A DNA stretch of 64,000 nt from Macrostomum lignano (lineage: Eukaryota): contig NIVC01000617.1 in assembly GCA_002269645.1 (NCBI GenBank), positions 434,001 to 498,000 on the forward strand, read 5' to 3'. A program made the position numbers and the translations under genes. This document shows, in pieces, positions 1 to 11,588 of this stretch (within the stretch, counting starts at the first letter, position 1; each line of letters starts with the position of its first letter). The notes under the pieces are model-generated. The model was not told the DNA's origin and ran no database searches. It worked only from the letters and a program-made list of their open reading frames with translations.

Positions 1-89
1 ACGCAAATCCGCTATCAAGACTTGACTCGATTCATTTGGGACTAAAACGGCCCTTTTAAGGGTCACGGACAACATCAAATAACGTGACA

Positions 90-818
90 TTAATTATTCC
101 TTTTGCTAGCCTTACTTGCTGCCACCAAAGTTGTTACAAAGCTATTTCTTCTTAACAATTTTACTGGTTGTTAATTGTAATTCTACTGGTAGCGCATGTA
201 CTTCTATTGGTAGCGTATGTACTTCTATTGGTAGCGTATGTACTTCTATTGTACTTTCTGGCCTGAGCGGTCTAATAGCACTGTCTATTCTATTCCTATG
301 CTTCCCCTAATATTATTCTCTCAGTCCTGGGCGTTCCCTGGATCAGAGGGTCACAGCTTATGCTCTTTCTCTGCCCTGAGGCGATCTTTCCCTCGCTCTG
401 AGGCGGTTCTCCTGCCCTGAGGCGAATTTACTATTACTGCCCTGAGGCGATCTCTCGCTGTTAGCGATCTTCTCCCAATTTGGGGGTTATCCTTATAGAA
501 ATGAACAATCCAAATAAGAATGCTTTAAAGACTTCTTATTGAGTGAACTTATTGCTTCAATATTATTCGAACAAGCGAATGAAGCGAGCAAGTTGCTCTT
601 CTTGGCCCCATCTGGGCTCCTATTTATACCATTTCGTATATATATTTAAAACAAACTTTGATTTTCTACAATATTATTTGCGCACACAACGTTAAAACAA
701 AAATATTACTTTTTGGCGGAAATTTGAATATGGTAATTTCTAAGAAAGCAATTGTTCGCGTAGACTAAAAATAAAGCCATATTTCATACTGTAAAGCAGA
801 TATATTACACTGCCTCAG
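90..818 (-). repeat. 3' LTR copy of element 1 (includes PBS1 and about 28 nt beyond it)
   Basis: Near-identical to 5378-6106. Preceded on the minus strand by the purine-rich GTAGGGAAGGCAGC (PPT-like, about 818-831). Confidence 0.75.
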
Positions 819-1244
819 CTGCCTTCCCTACTATAGATTTTTGAACAAACATATTTATAAAATTTGTGCGTGAGAAAATATATACAGGTAATTATTACTA
901 TGAGTAAAAACATACGTGTCTATAATGCCGCATATGTAAAAGAAACTGGCGGGAGTACCTACAAGCAAAAAGAGTATAGACATATAAACTGATACAATGT
1001 ATAAGCAATGTATAAGCACCTATAAACAATGCAAAATATTCATGAAAATTTAATACGGCAAAAAGGTGTCGCAGTATGCAAAGAAAATTGGATTTAAGCA
1101 GATTGCACAAAGATTTGGGACAAAATAACTAAAAAAGTGCTATAAAAATACAACAATGTTAATTTCTAATAAAAAGTGGAAGTACGGCTTTGTTATTAAG
1201 GCATAAAAGTTCAAATGCTAGTTAGTTCTTACAACTGTTCATGT

Positions 1245-2459
1245 TCAGAAGTTGCAGTCACGAGGCAGGTCGCGGAAGGCCGGCCAACCCAGCTGCGAAA
1301 AGAGCCAACGAATCTCGATGCCCAAAAGTTGGCGCTGGATCGGCTGGCGAGCGGCATCGATGTCGCTGCGGACCTGGCTGACGGTGTAACGCAGCAGGAT
1401 GATCGCCTCCTCGCGGGAGTAGCGGGCTCGCAGCTGCCTCAACCCTGGCCAAACGTAAGCGCGTTGCGGCAGCGCTTGGTCTAACCGTAAGTGAGCGATT
1501 TGCAGCAAATACCTTCGCAGACCATGTGTGGTACGCTCTAGCGGTGCGCCGTGCATCGCGATTAGATTTAGAGCGGCCTGCTGATAATCCCTTGCCGGCT
1601 GCTGCAGCTGCGGCGGGGGCGGCAATTGTTGCAGGGGCTGTCGAGGCGGCGACTGTCGACAGGGCTGTTGCTGTTGACGGGGCGGCGGCGGAGGCTGCTG
1701 TTGACGAGGCGGCGATGGCTGAGACGGCGGCGGCGGCTGTTGACGAGGCGGCGATGGTTGACGGCGAGGCGGCGGCGGAGGCTGCTGTTGACGAGGCGGC
1801 GATGGCTGAGACGGCGGCGGCGGCTGTTGACGAGGCGGCGATGGTTGACGGCGAGGCGGCGGCGGCGGCTGTTCGCGAGGTGGAGGCAGTGGGCGCCGTG
1901 TTGATGGACGGTGTGGCGCCACTAGCTGCACAGTGCGCCTCCCTTCCTCAGCACAGGATTTTACCACCACCAATTTGATGGGCGCCCTCGCCTGAGCTTC
2001 CATGATTGCAGCTCGTTTAGCCGGAATTACCTCTCGACCGGCCGGTTGCCCGGTCGTCGGTGGTCTCTTGCTGGTCCCAGGCAAGGCTCTGGGCCTTGTC
2101 GGTAGCCTCAGCGGCGCCTCCTCTAAGGCTGCCGCCGGCTGATTCGCCGCAGCTCCCTCGGGCTGAGCTGCTGTCGGTTGAGCTGCTGGTTGCGGGAGCT
2201 CAGGCCGAGCTGGCGGCGCTGGTGGAACTGCCGGTGGCGCATTCTCAGGCCGAGCTGGCGGCGCTGGTGGATCTGCCGGTGGCGCATTCTCAGGCCGAGC
2301 TGGCGGCGCTGGTGGATCTGCCGGTGGCGCATTCTCAGGCCGAGCTGGCGGCGCTGGTGGCTGATCTGCCGGCGGTGCAGCTTCCGGTGCAGCTTCCACC
2401 TCCATGGTCTCATTTAAGCCTAATAATTCTTGAATAAAATCGTCTAGGCTATCGTCCAT
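1245..2459 (-). CDS. Orphan 404-aa Pro/Gln-rich protein in the 3' accessory position of element 1
   Basis: Uninterrupted ATG-TGA ORF forming a GC-rich island in AT-rich surroundings. Acidic N-terminus, 15-aa and 29-aa in-frame repeats, and a non-repetitive C-terminal domain of about 115 aa. Confidence 0.6.
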   Translation of the reverse strand: MDDSLDDFIQELLGLNETMEVEAAPEAAPPADQPPAPPARPENAPPADPPAPPARPENAPPADPPAPPARPENAPPAVPPAPPARPELPQPAAQPTAAQPEGAAANQPAAALEEAPLRLPTRPRALPGTSKRPPTTGQPAGREVIPAKRAAIMEAQARAPIKLVVVKSCAEEGRRTVQLVAPHRPSTRRPLPPPREQPPPPPRRQPSPPRQQPPPPSQPSPPRQQQPPPPPRRQPSPPRQQPPPPSQPSPPRQQQPPPPPRQQQQPCRQSPPRQPLQQLPPPPQLQQPARDYQQAALNLIAMHGAPLERTTHGLRRYLLQIAHLRLDQALPQRAYVWPGLRQLRARYSREEAIILLRYTVSQVRSDIDAARQPIQRQLLGIEIRWLFSQLGWPAFRDLPRDCNF

Positions 2460-4847
2460 ATTGACTCAGTAATCGCTTGTAATATATGACTAATTCTCTC
2501 GGCGGGGCGAGGTGTGATTGACGGGTCTGGGGAGCTGCAGGGGGTTCCATTACGTATCTGAAAAACTGGACCGCATCTTCGTGTTCGCACGAGTGGGGGT
2601 TTAGCAAATTCCTAACGGGCTTGCTCATTGGCTCACACCGTTACTAAGCGTTGCTAGGATTTTTATGCGGAACAGGTTTCGAACAATACCTGCACAATTC
2701 TCTATACTCTACTGTTAGTAATGCGCAAAACATTTTTACTTAATACTGTATATGCAAATTTAATATTTTTTTGTATTTTTATAGATTTTATGATTTTTAC
2801 TTTTTATGAGTTTTATATTGAGTCTATTTACACAGTTTTACATGGATTTGGCTTCATCACTTTCGGTAATGAGAATATCGCCTCCGGGGAACAAAGCCTG
2901 TTGCGACTGAGTTCTCTCGGGGTCTCAAATTATATTGATGTCTTTGTTCGGCTCTTTCATTCTCACCTATCTCTAATGCGTCATCTTCCTCAGCTAACTC
3001 AGTTCTTTCACTGTCTGTTGACTCATCTTCTATCTCATTCTGCTCAATTTCCTCTTGCTCAACTTCTTCCTCAATTGGCTCAATCTCTCTCGCTCTCCAC
3101 TGAATTCTTTCGTCTTCCGAACTGTCAGTTTCTATTATTGGCTCTAAATGATTTTTCTTACTAATCTGTTGCCTTCCCTTATTTTTCGGCTCTCTCTTTT
3201 TCTGTTGTTCTCTCTGCCTTCCCCTATTTGTAGGTTCCGTCTCTTTTATTGGTAAGTTAGTTTAATAATTTTTCAAACCTCTACCTTCCGAAATTACACT
3301 GCTCTTAGGATCAGGCTGAAATTTGGCTGCCAATGGGCTACCTTGCTTTCTCCATAAGACAGAGTACACTTTCAGTAGTTCCATCTATCAAATTTCTCTT
3401 TCAGCTTTCAAGATCCTTGAGAGAGGACTTTAAATGATTAAATCATGCCTTTCTAAGCGGGATCAAGAAATTTCATTCTTGGCTTTCTCAAATTAATTGG
3501 ATTATCTCTCTTTCTAAAAGAGGACTTTTAAATTATCTCTGACAATTTCTCACTTCGACTTTCTCTCATTTCTACTCAGTAGTGGCACACAACGTTTTCT
3601 AGCTGCTAATTTCTCGATGCGGAATCTCCTTGTTTACGTATTTTCACCAATTTCTCACAACGATTTTCAACATGCTCTACTTAGTTCGGTCACTCAGTAG
3701 TGCCTTTGACATTTTCGAGCTTCTATCTACACAGTCTTCTCAAATTCTGCTCTATTTTTGCTCTTCACAGTCTATCGCATCCTTTTAGAAAGCAATGAAG
3801 TCTTTATCTAAAGAGGGACACACGAAGATAGCTGATCAGAATTTTCTCAATTTTCTTCATCAAATTCTCAACTCTTCTCCAAATTCTCTTCGTCAAATTC
3901 TCTTCTCGTCTCAATATATCCTGAATTCTTCTCTCGAATTCACTTCTACAACAGCTTCGTGCCTATCAGCATTTCGAGGGTGCGGCTAGGCTTTCCCTAG
4001 TCTACCTCTGCTTCTAGTACACTGGCTTCGATTTTCACTTCTTGTCTCAATTCTCTCTTCAAAACTTCTCAACTTCACAACTCTTATCTCGCTTCTATTC
4101 CTGTTTGTCAGAGTTATTCTCAATTATTTCTTTCCGCAGAGCCTTTTATTAATATTCTGGAAGGACTTTGGCTAATTAGTTATGCTTCCTATCTTCTGAG
4201 CAGCTTCACTATCCCAAATTAAGCCTATATCTGAATTTTAGTAAAACGGCCCTTTTAAGGCTTCTATAAGAAATTTTATTAAAATGACTCTTCTAAGGTA
4301 TTCACTTTAAGCAATTTGATGTGCTATTTACATAGTATAGTGCTAGATCGAACATTCTTATGCATTAGCGACTTGCATAAGGTATTTTTCCTTAAAACGG
4401 CCCTTCCAAGGGTCAGTTTGCAAAACGGCCCCCTTGAGGGTTCCAGTAAGCAATTAAGTGCATTTTATACGTTATATAGTGCTAATTCAAACATTTTTAT
4501 TTTCTTTTTCGAAGCTTTTTATAAATTTTTATATTTTTATGAATACTATGTACACTTTTCTGAGCTTAACTGAATCGTGCTTACAGACTCAACTCTCATC
4601 CTTTCTCCTGAGCTCGCTGTCTGGCTTTTCTGAAGTCTATCCTACACTGGTGGCCTGCCTGTGGTCTTATCGAACCTGGCTGCCCACAGAAAAAGCAATG
4701 GCCGTTTTGGCTCAGGTCTGGCGCCACTAAATCGGTGCCTGAACTGGGGACGCGGTTTTGGCATTGGCTGAGACTGCTGCTGCCGTTCCGGGTTTGAGTT
4801 CACGTTGATACTAGTGAAGATAGTTATCAAGGTGACCAAGCACTCCA

Positions 4848-5180
4848 CTAGGGCTTCAGTTCCTCCTTTCTGGTTCTGCTGTTTTGGCTCAACTCCTCAA
4901 TGATCTGCCTCCTAATCTCCTGATAATGCTGCTGATCCTTCCTATGGCTCATCCTCCGCTTCAGTCCTTCTGGGATATCCAGATTGGCGAAGAGGGCTTC
5001 TTTCCGCTTTTCTTCATTAAATCCTTGCATTCTGCATTGCTGCTCGAATGCGTTAAGCCACTGCCTGATGTTCTTGTCAGGCGTGTACTTTTCTACTTCT
5101 ATCTGCTTCAGCGATCCTAGTTCTACCCTGTTTCTTAGCTCTTCAGCTAGCATCGCAATCGCATCATTTGCGTTGGCCAT
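4848..5180 (-). CDS. gag: Truncated retrotransposon Gag N-terminal domain (110 aa)
   Basis: First ATG about 115 nt after PBS3. The segment EKYTPDKNIRQWLNAFEQQC...LFANL resembles the Ty3/Gypsy capsid N-terminus. Stops early and has no zinc knuckle. Confidence 0.6.
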   Translation of the reverse strand: MANANDAIAMLAEELRNRVELGSLKQIEVEKYTPDKNIRQWLNAFEQQCRMQGFNEEKRKEALFANLDIPEGLKRRMSHRKDQQHYQEIRRQIIEELSQNSRTRKEELKP

Positions 5181-5294
5181 CTCTGATCTTGTCAGGTTCT
5201 GCTATTTCTCTAGTCTTCTAAGGTTTTTGCCGTTTCTCTGATCTAAATCTCGCCGTTTCTCTGATCTAATTCGCGCCGTTTCTCTGATCCTTTA

Positions 5295-5415
5295 CGCTGC
5301 CACCAAAAGCTGTAACAGGGGGTTTGCTTCCCTCTTTAGTTATCCCACTGCTGGTACCAAAAGCTGTCGTAGGGCTCTTAATTATTCCTTTTGCTAGCCT
5401 TACTTGCTGCCACCA
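5295..5415 (-). promoter_or_regulatory. Three tandem tRNA-Leu-type primer-binding sites
   Basis: Minus strand: TGGTGGCAGC (5415-5406), TGGTACCAGCAGTGGGAT (5359-5342) and TGGTGGCAGCG (5305-5295). These are complementary to the 3' ends of metazoan tRNA-Leu(AAG/UAG) (...CCCACCGCTGCCACCA) and tRNA-Leu(UAA) (...CCCACTCCTGGTACCA in human; 16/18). Each follows ...ACA plus a 4-5 nt spacer. Confidence 0.7.
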
Positions 5416-6106
5416 AAGTTGTTACAAAGCTATTTCTTCTTAACAATTTTACTGGTTGTTAATTGTAATTCTACTGGTAGCGCATGTACTTCTATTGGTA
5501 GCGTATGTACTTCTATTGGTAGCGTATGTACTTCTATTGTACTTTCTGGCCTGAGCGGTCTAATAGCACTGTCTATTCTATTCCTATGCTTCCCCTAATA
5601 TTATTCTCTCAGTCCTGGGCGTTCCCTGGATCAGAGGGTCACAGCTTATGCTCTTTCTCTGCCCTGAGGCGATCTTTCCCTCGCTCTGAGGCGGTTCTCC
5701 TGCCCTGAGGCGAATTTACTATTACTGCCCTGAGGCGATCTCTCGCTGTTAGCGATCTTCTCCCAATTTGGGGGTAATCCTTATAGAAATGAACAATCCA
5801 AATAAGAATGCTTTAAAGACTTCTTATTGAGTGAACTTATTGCTTCAATATTATTCGAACAAGCGAATGAAGCGAGCAAGTTGCTCTTCTTGGCCCCATC
5901 TGGGCTCCTATTTATACCATTTCGTATATATATTTAAAACAAACTTTGATTTTCTACAATATTATTTGCGCACACAACGTTAAAACAAAAATATTACTTT
6001 TTGGCGGAAATTTGAATATGGTAATTTCTAAGAAAGCAATTGTTCGCGTAGACTAAAAATAAAGCCATATTTCATACTGTAAAGCAGATATATTACACTG
6101 CCTCAG
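5378..6106 (-). repeat. 5' LTR (plus short flanking extension) of element 1
   Basis: On the minus strand it begins TGAGGCAG-TGTAATATATC (TG at 6105 or 6097) and reaches ...TTTGTAACA at 5420, followed by a PBS. It has a TATAAATA box at about 5909-5916 and internal 21-bp x3 and CCCTGAGGCG x4 repeats. Confidence 0.75.
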
Positions 6107-8800
6107 ATGTAAAATAAAAAAAGAATATCAAATAAGTGAAAAAATAATTATATTTTACATTATAGATGCCTAGTAAAATACTTAGGGCCTTTAGTTAGTT
6201 AGACTAACAATCTATATTAAATAGCGACTGATACTGACTTGATGAAAAAAATACTGACTTGGTCTTGTTAGTCTTAATTTAGTTAGTCTGGCTTAAAAAT
6301 TGATAGCTTTTTTGACCAAGTCAAAAACAATCTGAAATTCGTATTGGTAAATAGTGTCTGTTTTTAATTACATGGACAGGTCAAGTAGAAATTAGGATAG
6401 TTACGAATATGCATTGAAATAGAACAACACACACTTGTGACTATTCGCAACTTTGCGCTTGTGAAATGAAAAGGAAGCAATGAAAATGGCATGGCATAAA
6501 ATATGTCAGAAGGACCCTACCACTTCGCATAAAAACAGTTAAATAATTTCCGCGCGTGCCTATCAGAAGCAAAATTAAAAAGAATCCAAAACCTCCGAGC
6601 TATTTTCTAAAGAAAATTTGTATTCATTAGTAAATTTCAGTAAGATTTCAATTTTTGTACGGTATTAAAAATTTTGTGCAAAAATATTTGTTCGAAATGA
6701 AACCTCTGAAAAACCTCAAAACCTCCGAAACCTCTCGATGAGAATCACCCCTACCCTACCCGCTAGCGAGACATGCGACTTCTTTCTCACCTCACCTCTG
6801 GCACACAAGTGACGCAACTTGCGCCACGCAACGGAGGCTTAGAAGCGTCTGGGTCCCAGGCATAAACCCGATCGAACAATGTCTGGGATTTCTTAAGGCA
6901 CTGAATCCAGCACGAAAATCCCCCGAAAATGCCACACATGAAGCTGCGCCAGGCTTCTGCCATTGCTGACGCGCTTGGCAGCTTCTTCCGCAGGATTTTA
7001 TACGGCGCGCATCGTTCTGGGGATACCTCTTGCGCTGCCCTGTTGCAGACCGGGGGTTGTTACACTTGGTATTTGAGTGCTGGAAAATATCTGAACGTTT
7101 TCATCAAATCACCACCGCGAAAAAAGCATGGACAACTAGAGTAGAAGGACGCTACACTCGGCTTTCGTGAAAATCGGGCTGGAGGCCAAATTTTCGCGTA
7201 AATACACTAGCGAGATAGAAGAATATATTATTTTTCATGCGAAATAGGCAGCTAAATTTGATTCCAAGAAGCAGTGAAGTTCTTATTTTGATATAAGTTG
7301 AAAGAGTTATTACTTTGTTGAATTTTATATGGCTTTCATCGCGAAAGTGTAGCATTCTATTTTTTCATTTACATTATAACTATAGGCCTAATTATAAGGT
7401 ATACTCTACTCTAGTAGGCCTGTGGCCTATCTAGTAGTATAGTATTCCCTACTATTATTAATAGGCTCTGCATGTCTGCATGTCATTGTCTGCAGGACAA
7501 TGACCAAGCCAGTCTATACATCCTATCTGTAGCTAGTAGATCTTAAATCTCATGCCTATAGCCTATGATCAATATAGCTACTTAGTATATTACAAGAGTT
7601 GCAATCTAGAGTGTTATGGATATTCATTCATTCAAGCATACAAACCCAACCTTAGAGATTTCGTATATTTAGATAGGGTAGCTTTCATTTTTGTTTACTT
7701 TGATTTGAAATGATTGTTTTATAATAGAAAACTATTGATTTGTATCTATGCTATCTATGTAAACTCTAACTCAGATGTCAGACATCCCAACATAATCATT
7801 ACCTTTAAGTTTGATTTACTTAGAATTGTAACTGATGTAGGCCTATGATAATATCATATTTATATACCATTTAATGTCTTATGGCCAATTGTCATTGATT
7901 ATATATATATCTATATATATATCCCTAATGTAGTTAATATAGTTATTCAATTTTTATTGTACTTTTCAGACTATCACTAAGTTGGATTTTTTTTCGCCCG
8001 AGACAAGGTGCGAAATCTCACCTTGTGCCAAATTTCAAGGTGCAATTTTAAGGCTTAGAGTGCAATTTCTCTTGTTTCAAAAAATTGGGAATATATATAG
8101 ACATGTCTTATATAAAGCTATAAACATATAGGCCATATGACTTAGTAGGTCATAGGAGTTATTTAATTTCATATTTTAAGGCAGTGTAAATGAGCTTAAG
8201 CATGGTTAAGCCTTAAAAATGGTTATAAGATTGCACCTAAACTGCACCAAATTTTTCAATTTCAAGGTGCAATTTTAAAATTTTAGGTGCATACGCACAC
8301 TCTACGCACAAAAAAACCTAGGCACTAAGCATATGGGTATTTGCTCAAAGCATTGGCCAGATGGTACACCACTTATTAAAGTAAACAACTGTTTCTAACC
8401 AGTTGACCCACCATTGTTTTTTTTGTATCCACCAAGTTCCCTTAGGTAGACATTTAAATGTAAATTTGCAGAAGTTATGATTGTTTAGTTACATATTTCT
8501 TTTGTTTATTTATAGGCTTCATCAAACACTTCATTCATGTGTCATCAAGGAATGTGGAGAAACGAAATCTCACTTCATTACAACGATGTCAGTTAGCAGC
8601 TGAGCTTCCTGAATTCAATGACATTGATAGAATTGGTGACTGGAAAATACTACTATCTGACAAGTTGGCTACCTGGCATAGTGGTGACTGGGGAACCTGC
8701 ATGGACAATCGAAGTCATTCATCTTTATTGCCTTATTGCTTTAAAATTATAGTATTGTTTGTTTCATTGTTGATATAGTTCTGATACAATTCAGAAACCG

Positions 8801-9906
8801 TAGCGACGAAACCGTAGAACAGCGACGCGCCTGTCCATGCAGGCATCCCGCCACCCAGTACAAACGGTCAAACAAACTTCCGTATTGTAGTACATGGGCC
8901 GCAGTCGGCTTAAATTTCTGCCGAATAATTTTACAAGAATTGATCAGGTGACTGGCAGAAGCTATAACCTATAATGGAACTCATCACTCGATCCGACGCC
9001 CGACGGTGTAAAATTTCGTGAAACGATGGAAGACTCTGCAAGGTCAATTCGGCTGACGAGCTCAATATGTTGAGACAGCCGATCGATATCGATGAGCTTA
9101 AATTAGTACATGTATTCAACCATAAAACGTTGACTCGGTACTTGCTCTGACTTTCATCGCCGACATGCAGTAATTAACATCAACTCACCCAACTAACAGG
9201 AAGGTAATATATTAATTGGTAACAGCTGTTCATGGAAAAAAGTTTTTTGTATGACAGAATTAATGAGGTACTATACATACACATATGTACCTTTATATGA
9301 GAATGACTGATTTAAGAATGCTAATATGCTAAGAAAAGTGCGTCCTCTGATTCTTGGTTGAGGTGAGAGAGAAGTTGCCTCTATCGGTAGAGTTTTGACT
9401 AATATTACTGTGTACTTGTACACATGCAAATTGAATTGTAACCATGCATGCGCTGTGCTGTTCGCAACAACGATTCGTCTAGCGACGAAACCGTAGAACA
9501 GCGACGCGCCTGTCCATGCAGGCATCCCGCCACCCAGTACAAACGGTCAAACAAACTTCCGTATTGTAGTACATGGGCCGCAGTCGGCTTAAATTTCTGC
9601 CGAATAATTTTACAAGAATTGATCAGGTGACTGGCAGAAGCTATAACCTATAATGGAACTCATCACTCGATCCGACGCCCGACGGTGTAAAATTTCGTGA
9701 AACGATGGAAGACTCTGCAAGGTCAATTCGGCTGGCGAGCTCAATATGTTGAGACAGCCGATCGATATCGATGAGCTTAAATTAGTACATGTATTCAACC
9801 ATAAAACGTTGACTCGGTACTTGCTCTGACTTTCATCGCCGACATGCAGTAATTAACATCAACTCACCCAACTAACAGGAAGGTAATATATTAATTGGTA
9901 ACAGCT
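8801..9906 (+). repeat. 427-bp direct duplication (8801-9227 and 9480-9906)
   Basis: Offset 679 with one substitution seen (GGCTGACGAG vs GGCTGGCGAG) and a 252-bp unique spacer. Confidence 0.9.
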
Positions 9907-10194
9907 AGAGCTCAGCGCGACCTGTACAACAAAACTGTCGCATTTGACGATTCAAACGGTTATGGAGAGGACAAGCGTGGAAGCCACGCTTACGAGCGCG
10001 TATAGTGGTTTCAGCTGACCATATAGCCACGTGTTCAACATTGGTTACTACGGCCGCGTAGGGGTCAGCCAGTTCTCGGTATGGTCATTTCCAGCAGGGA
10101 GGAGCCCCTTATAGGTACGCCAACGCATCTGACATATCTGACAGAATGCAGTACACCGCGTGGTTTCCTATGGGGGACGGACCGGGTGACGGAT

Positions 10195-10290
10195 CAATCA
10201 ATCAATCAATATCAATCAACCAACCAATCAATCAATCCATCAATCAATATATCAATAAAGCAATATAAATCAATCAATCAATCAATACTA
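10195..10290 (+). repeat. Degenerate (ATCA)n microsatellite
   Basis: Visible ATCA/ATCAATCA runs. Confidence 0.7.
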
Positions 10291-11588
10291 CATACTGTGT
10301 CAATTATACTGTGTGATATCTGGTGACAGTAGACTCGCAGGCCACATACCAGGTGGCCGATTAATACCCTGTCATCTGGTGATTTATGACCCTACAGGCA
10401 CACACTCACATATAGGAGTGTACAGTGGCCCTAAATTTGTTTATCGTTAGGCATTTACACTTCACTGTGCCTTGGGAGCAGAGCCAAGCCGAGATTCCAA
10501 TTTAGCCCCAAATGAATGTGACTGCACTTGGAATCGAGCCTGGGCCGCTGGCACATTTAGGGGGGTGTATGACAAGTTCCAGGTACAAGCGGTTTGTTTC
10601 ATAGGCATATAGATTCTTGAAGAGTAAGCAGCGCCTGATTTTCGACAAGCTTGAGTAGTCCCGCAAGATTTAATTGTCACACTTATACCTATCAGATGTC
10701 GATTCACATGGCAACATGTTCGATTCGGACTCGGACTCCTCGGACGAAGGTATATCTTTACCGTAAATATCTCGCTCTCTCTCTCTCTCTCGCTCTGACG
10801 AAGAATATTCAATATTCGAAAAATCGGCATATTTAACTAAACTGACTTTCATCTGTCCTTTTTACCGAGTCAGTGCCTGAGATTGGAGGTGCCCTCCTGA
10901 TCTATCTCTCCCTCTCTCTCTCCCCGTCTCTCACCTGCTCGCTTTCGCATCGTTTCTCCACGAATAAAAAGCTCTAAAAACAATTCGTGTCCCGACAGAA
11001 TTGCCCACGAAAATGATTGATGTATAATACTCGTAGTGTGGAGCGAATGCATCAACAAAGTACCTTTAATGATCAGCCATTGCAGTTTGACTTACAGTCT
11101 TCTAATCAAGTGGTGGACCCGTCGTCTAACTTTTTGGTTTTAGAGAAGCTTTTTCCTTATCCTTTCTGGTAGAGCAATATTGGTTGATTAACCCCCGCAG
11201 CCAATCCGCGCGCATTTACAAGAAAGAAATTTTATAAGTCGATAACAAAAACAACTTAAGTAGTAGGGCGCAACACTCGCGTATCGTGTAATTTTTATTG
11301 GAGGCCTGCATGGTCTTCACATATATGTAATTCTCGACTAAGTTGCACGTAGAAAGCTAATTCTTTCGGTGTTAGGTCCAGAATCCTAGGCTTATGTATA
11401 CGTAGAACTTTACGGCTTACGGGCCTCCAAAAAAACTTCCACGAAAGCTGAGTGTCGCGTCCTATATATAACGTAACTTCAGCTGTCCTTGGTCGATAAA
11501 TAATAAAGATTGCTTCTGGGCGTAGGTTACCACAGCTACGGAGATCGAGGACCCAAGACAGAAGCAGTTTGCCCAAATCCAACTCCAG

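Larger units (their letters stand above)
90..6106 (-). mobile_element. Non-autonomous (pol-less) Ty3/Gypsy-like LTR retroelement, LARD-like
   Basis: 729-bp direct repeats at 90-818 and 5378-6106 (offset 5288; one mismatch seen by eye). PBS motifs lie just inside the right repeat, followed by a gag-like ORF. No RT, RNase H or integrase motifs are recognisable between the repeats. No TSD found. Confidence 0.75.

Noticed and set aside
1-90. Minus-strand open frame MSRYLMLSVTLKRAVLVPNESSQ as pol
   Set aside because: Only 30 codons at the window edge with no diagnostic motif. It shares a non-coding-looking motif with the element 1 interior.
6759-6775. CCCGCTAGCGAGACA as a CACTA-type left terminus
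   Set aside because: No inverted partner or TSD found in the window.
7970-8330. hAT-like MITE with repeated GGTGCAA motifs
   Set aside because: The terminal inverted repeats match only weakly and the flanking CACTAAG repeat is not a convincing TSD.
8801-9906. TRIM (miniature LTR element)
   Set aside because: The repeats lack paired TG...CA ends, and the spacer has no PBS or PPT; no TSD.
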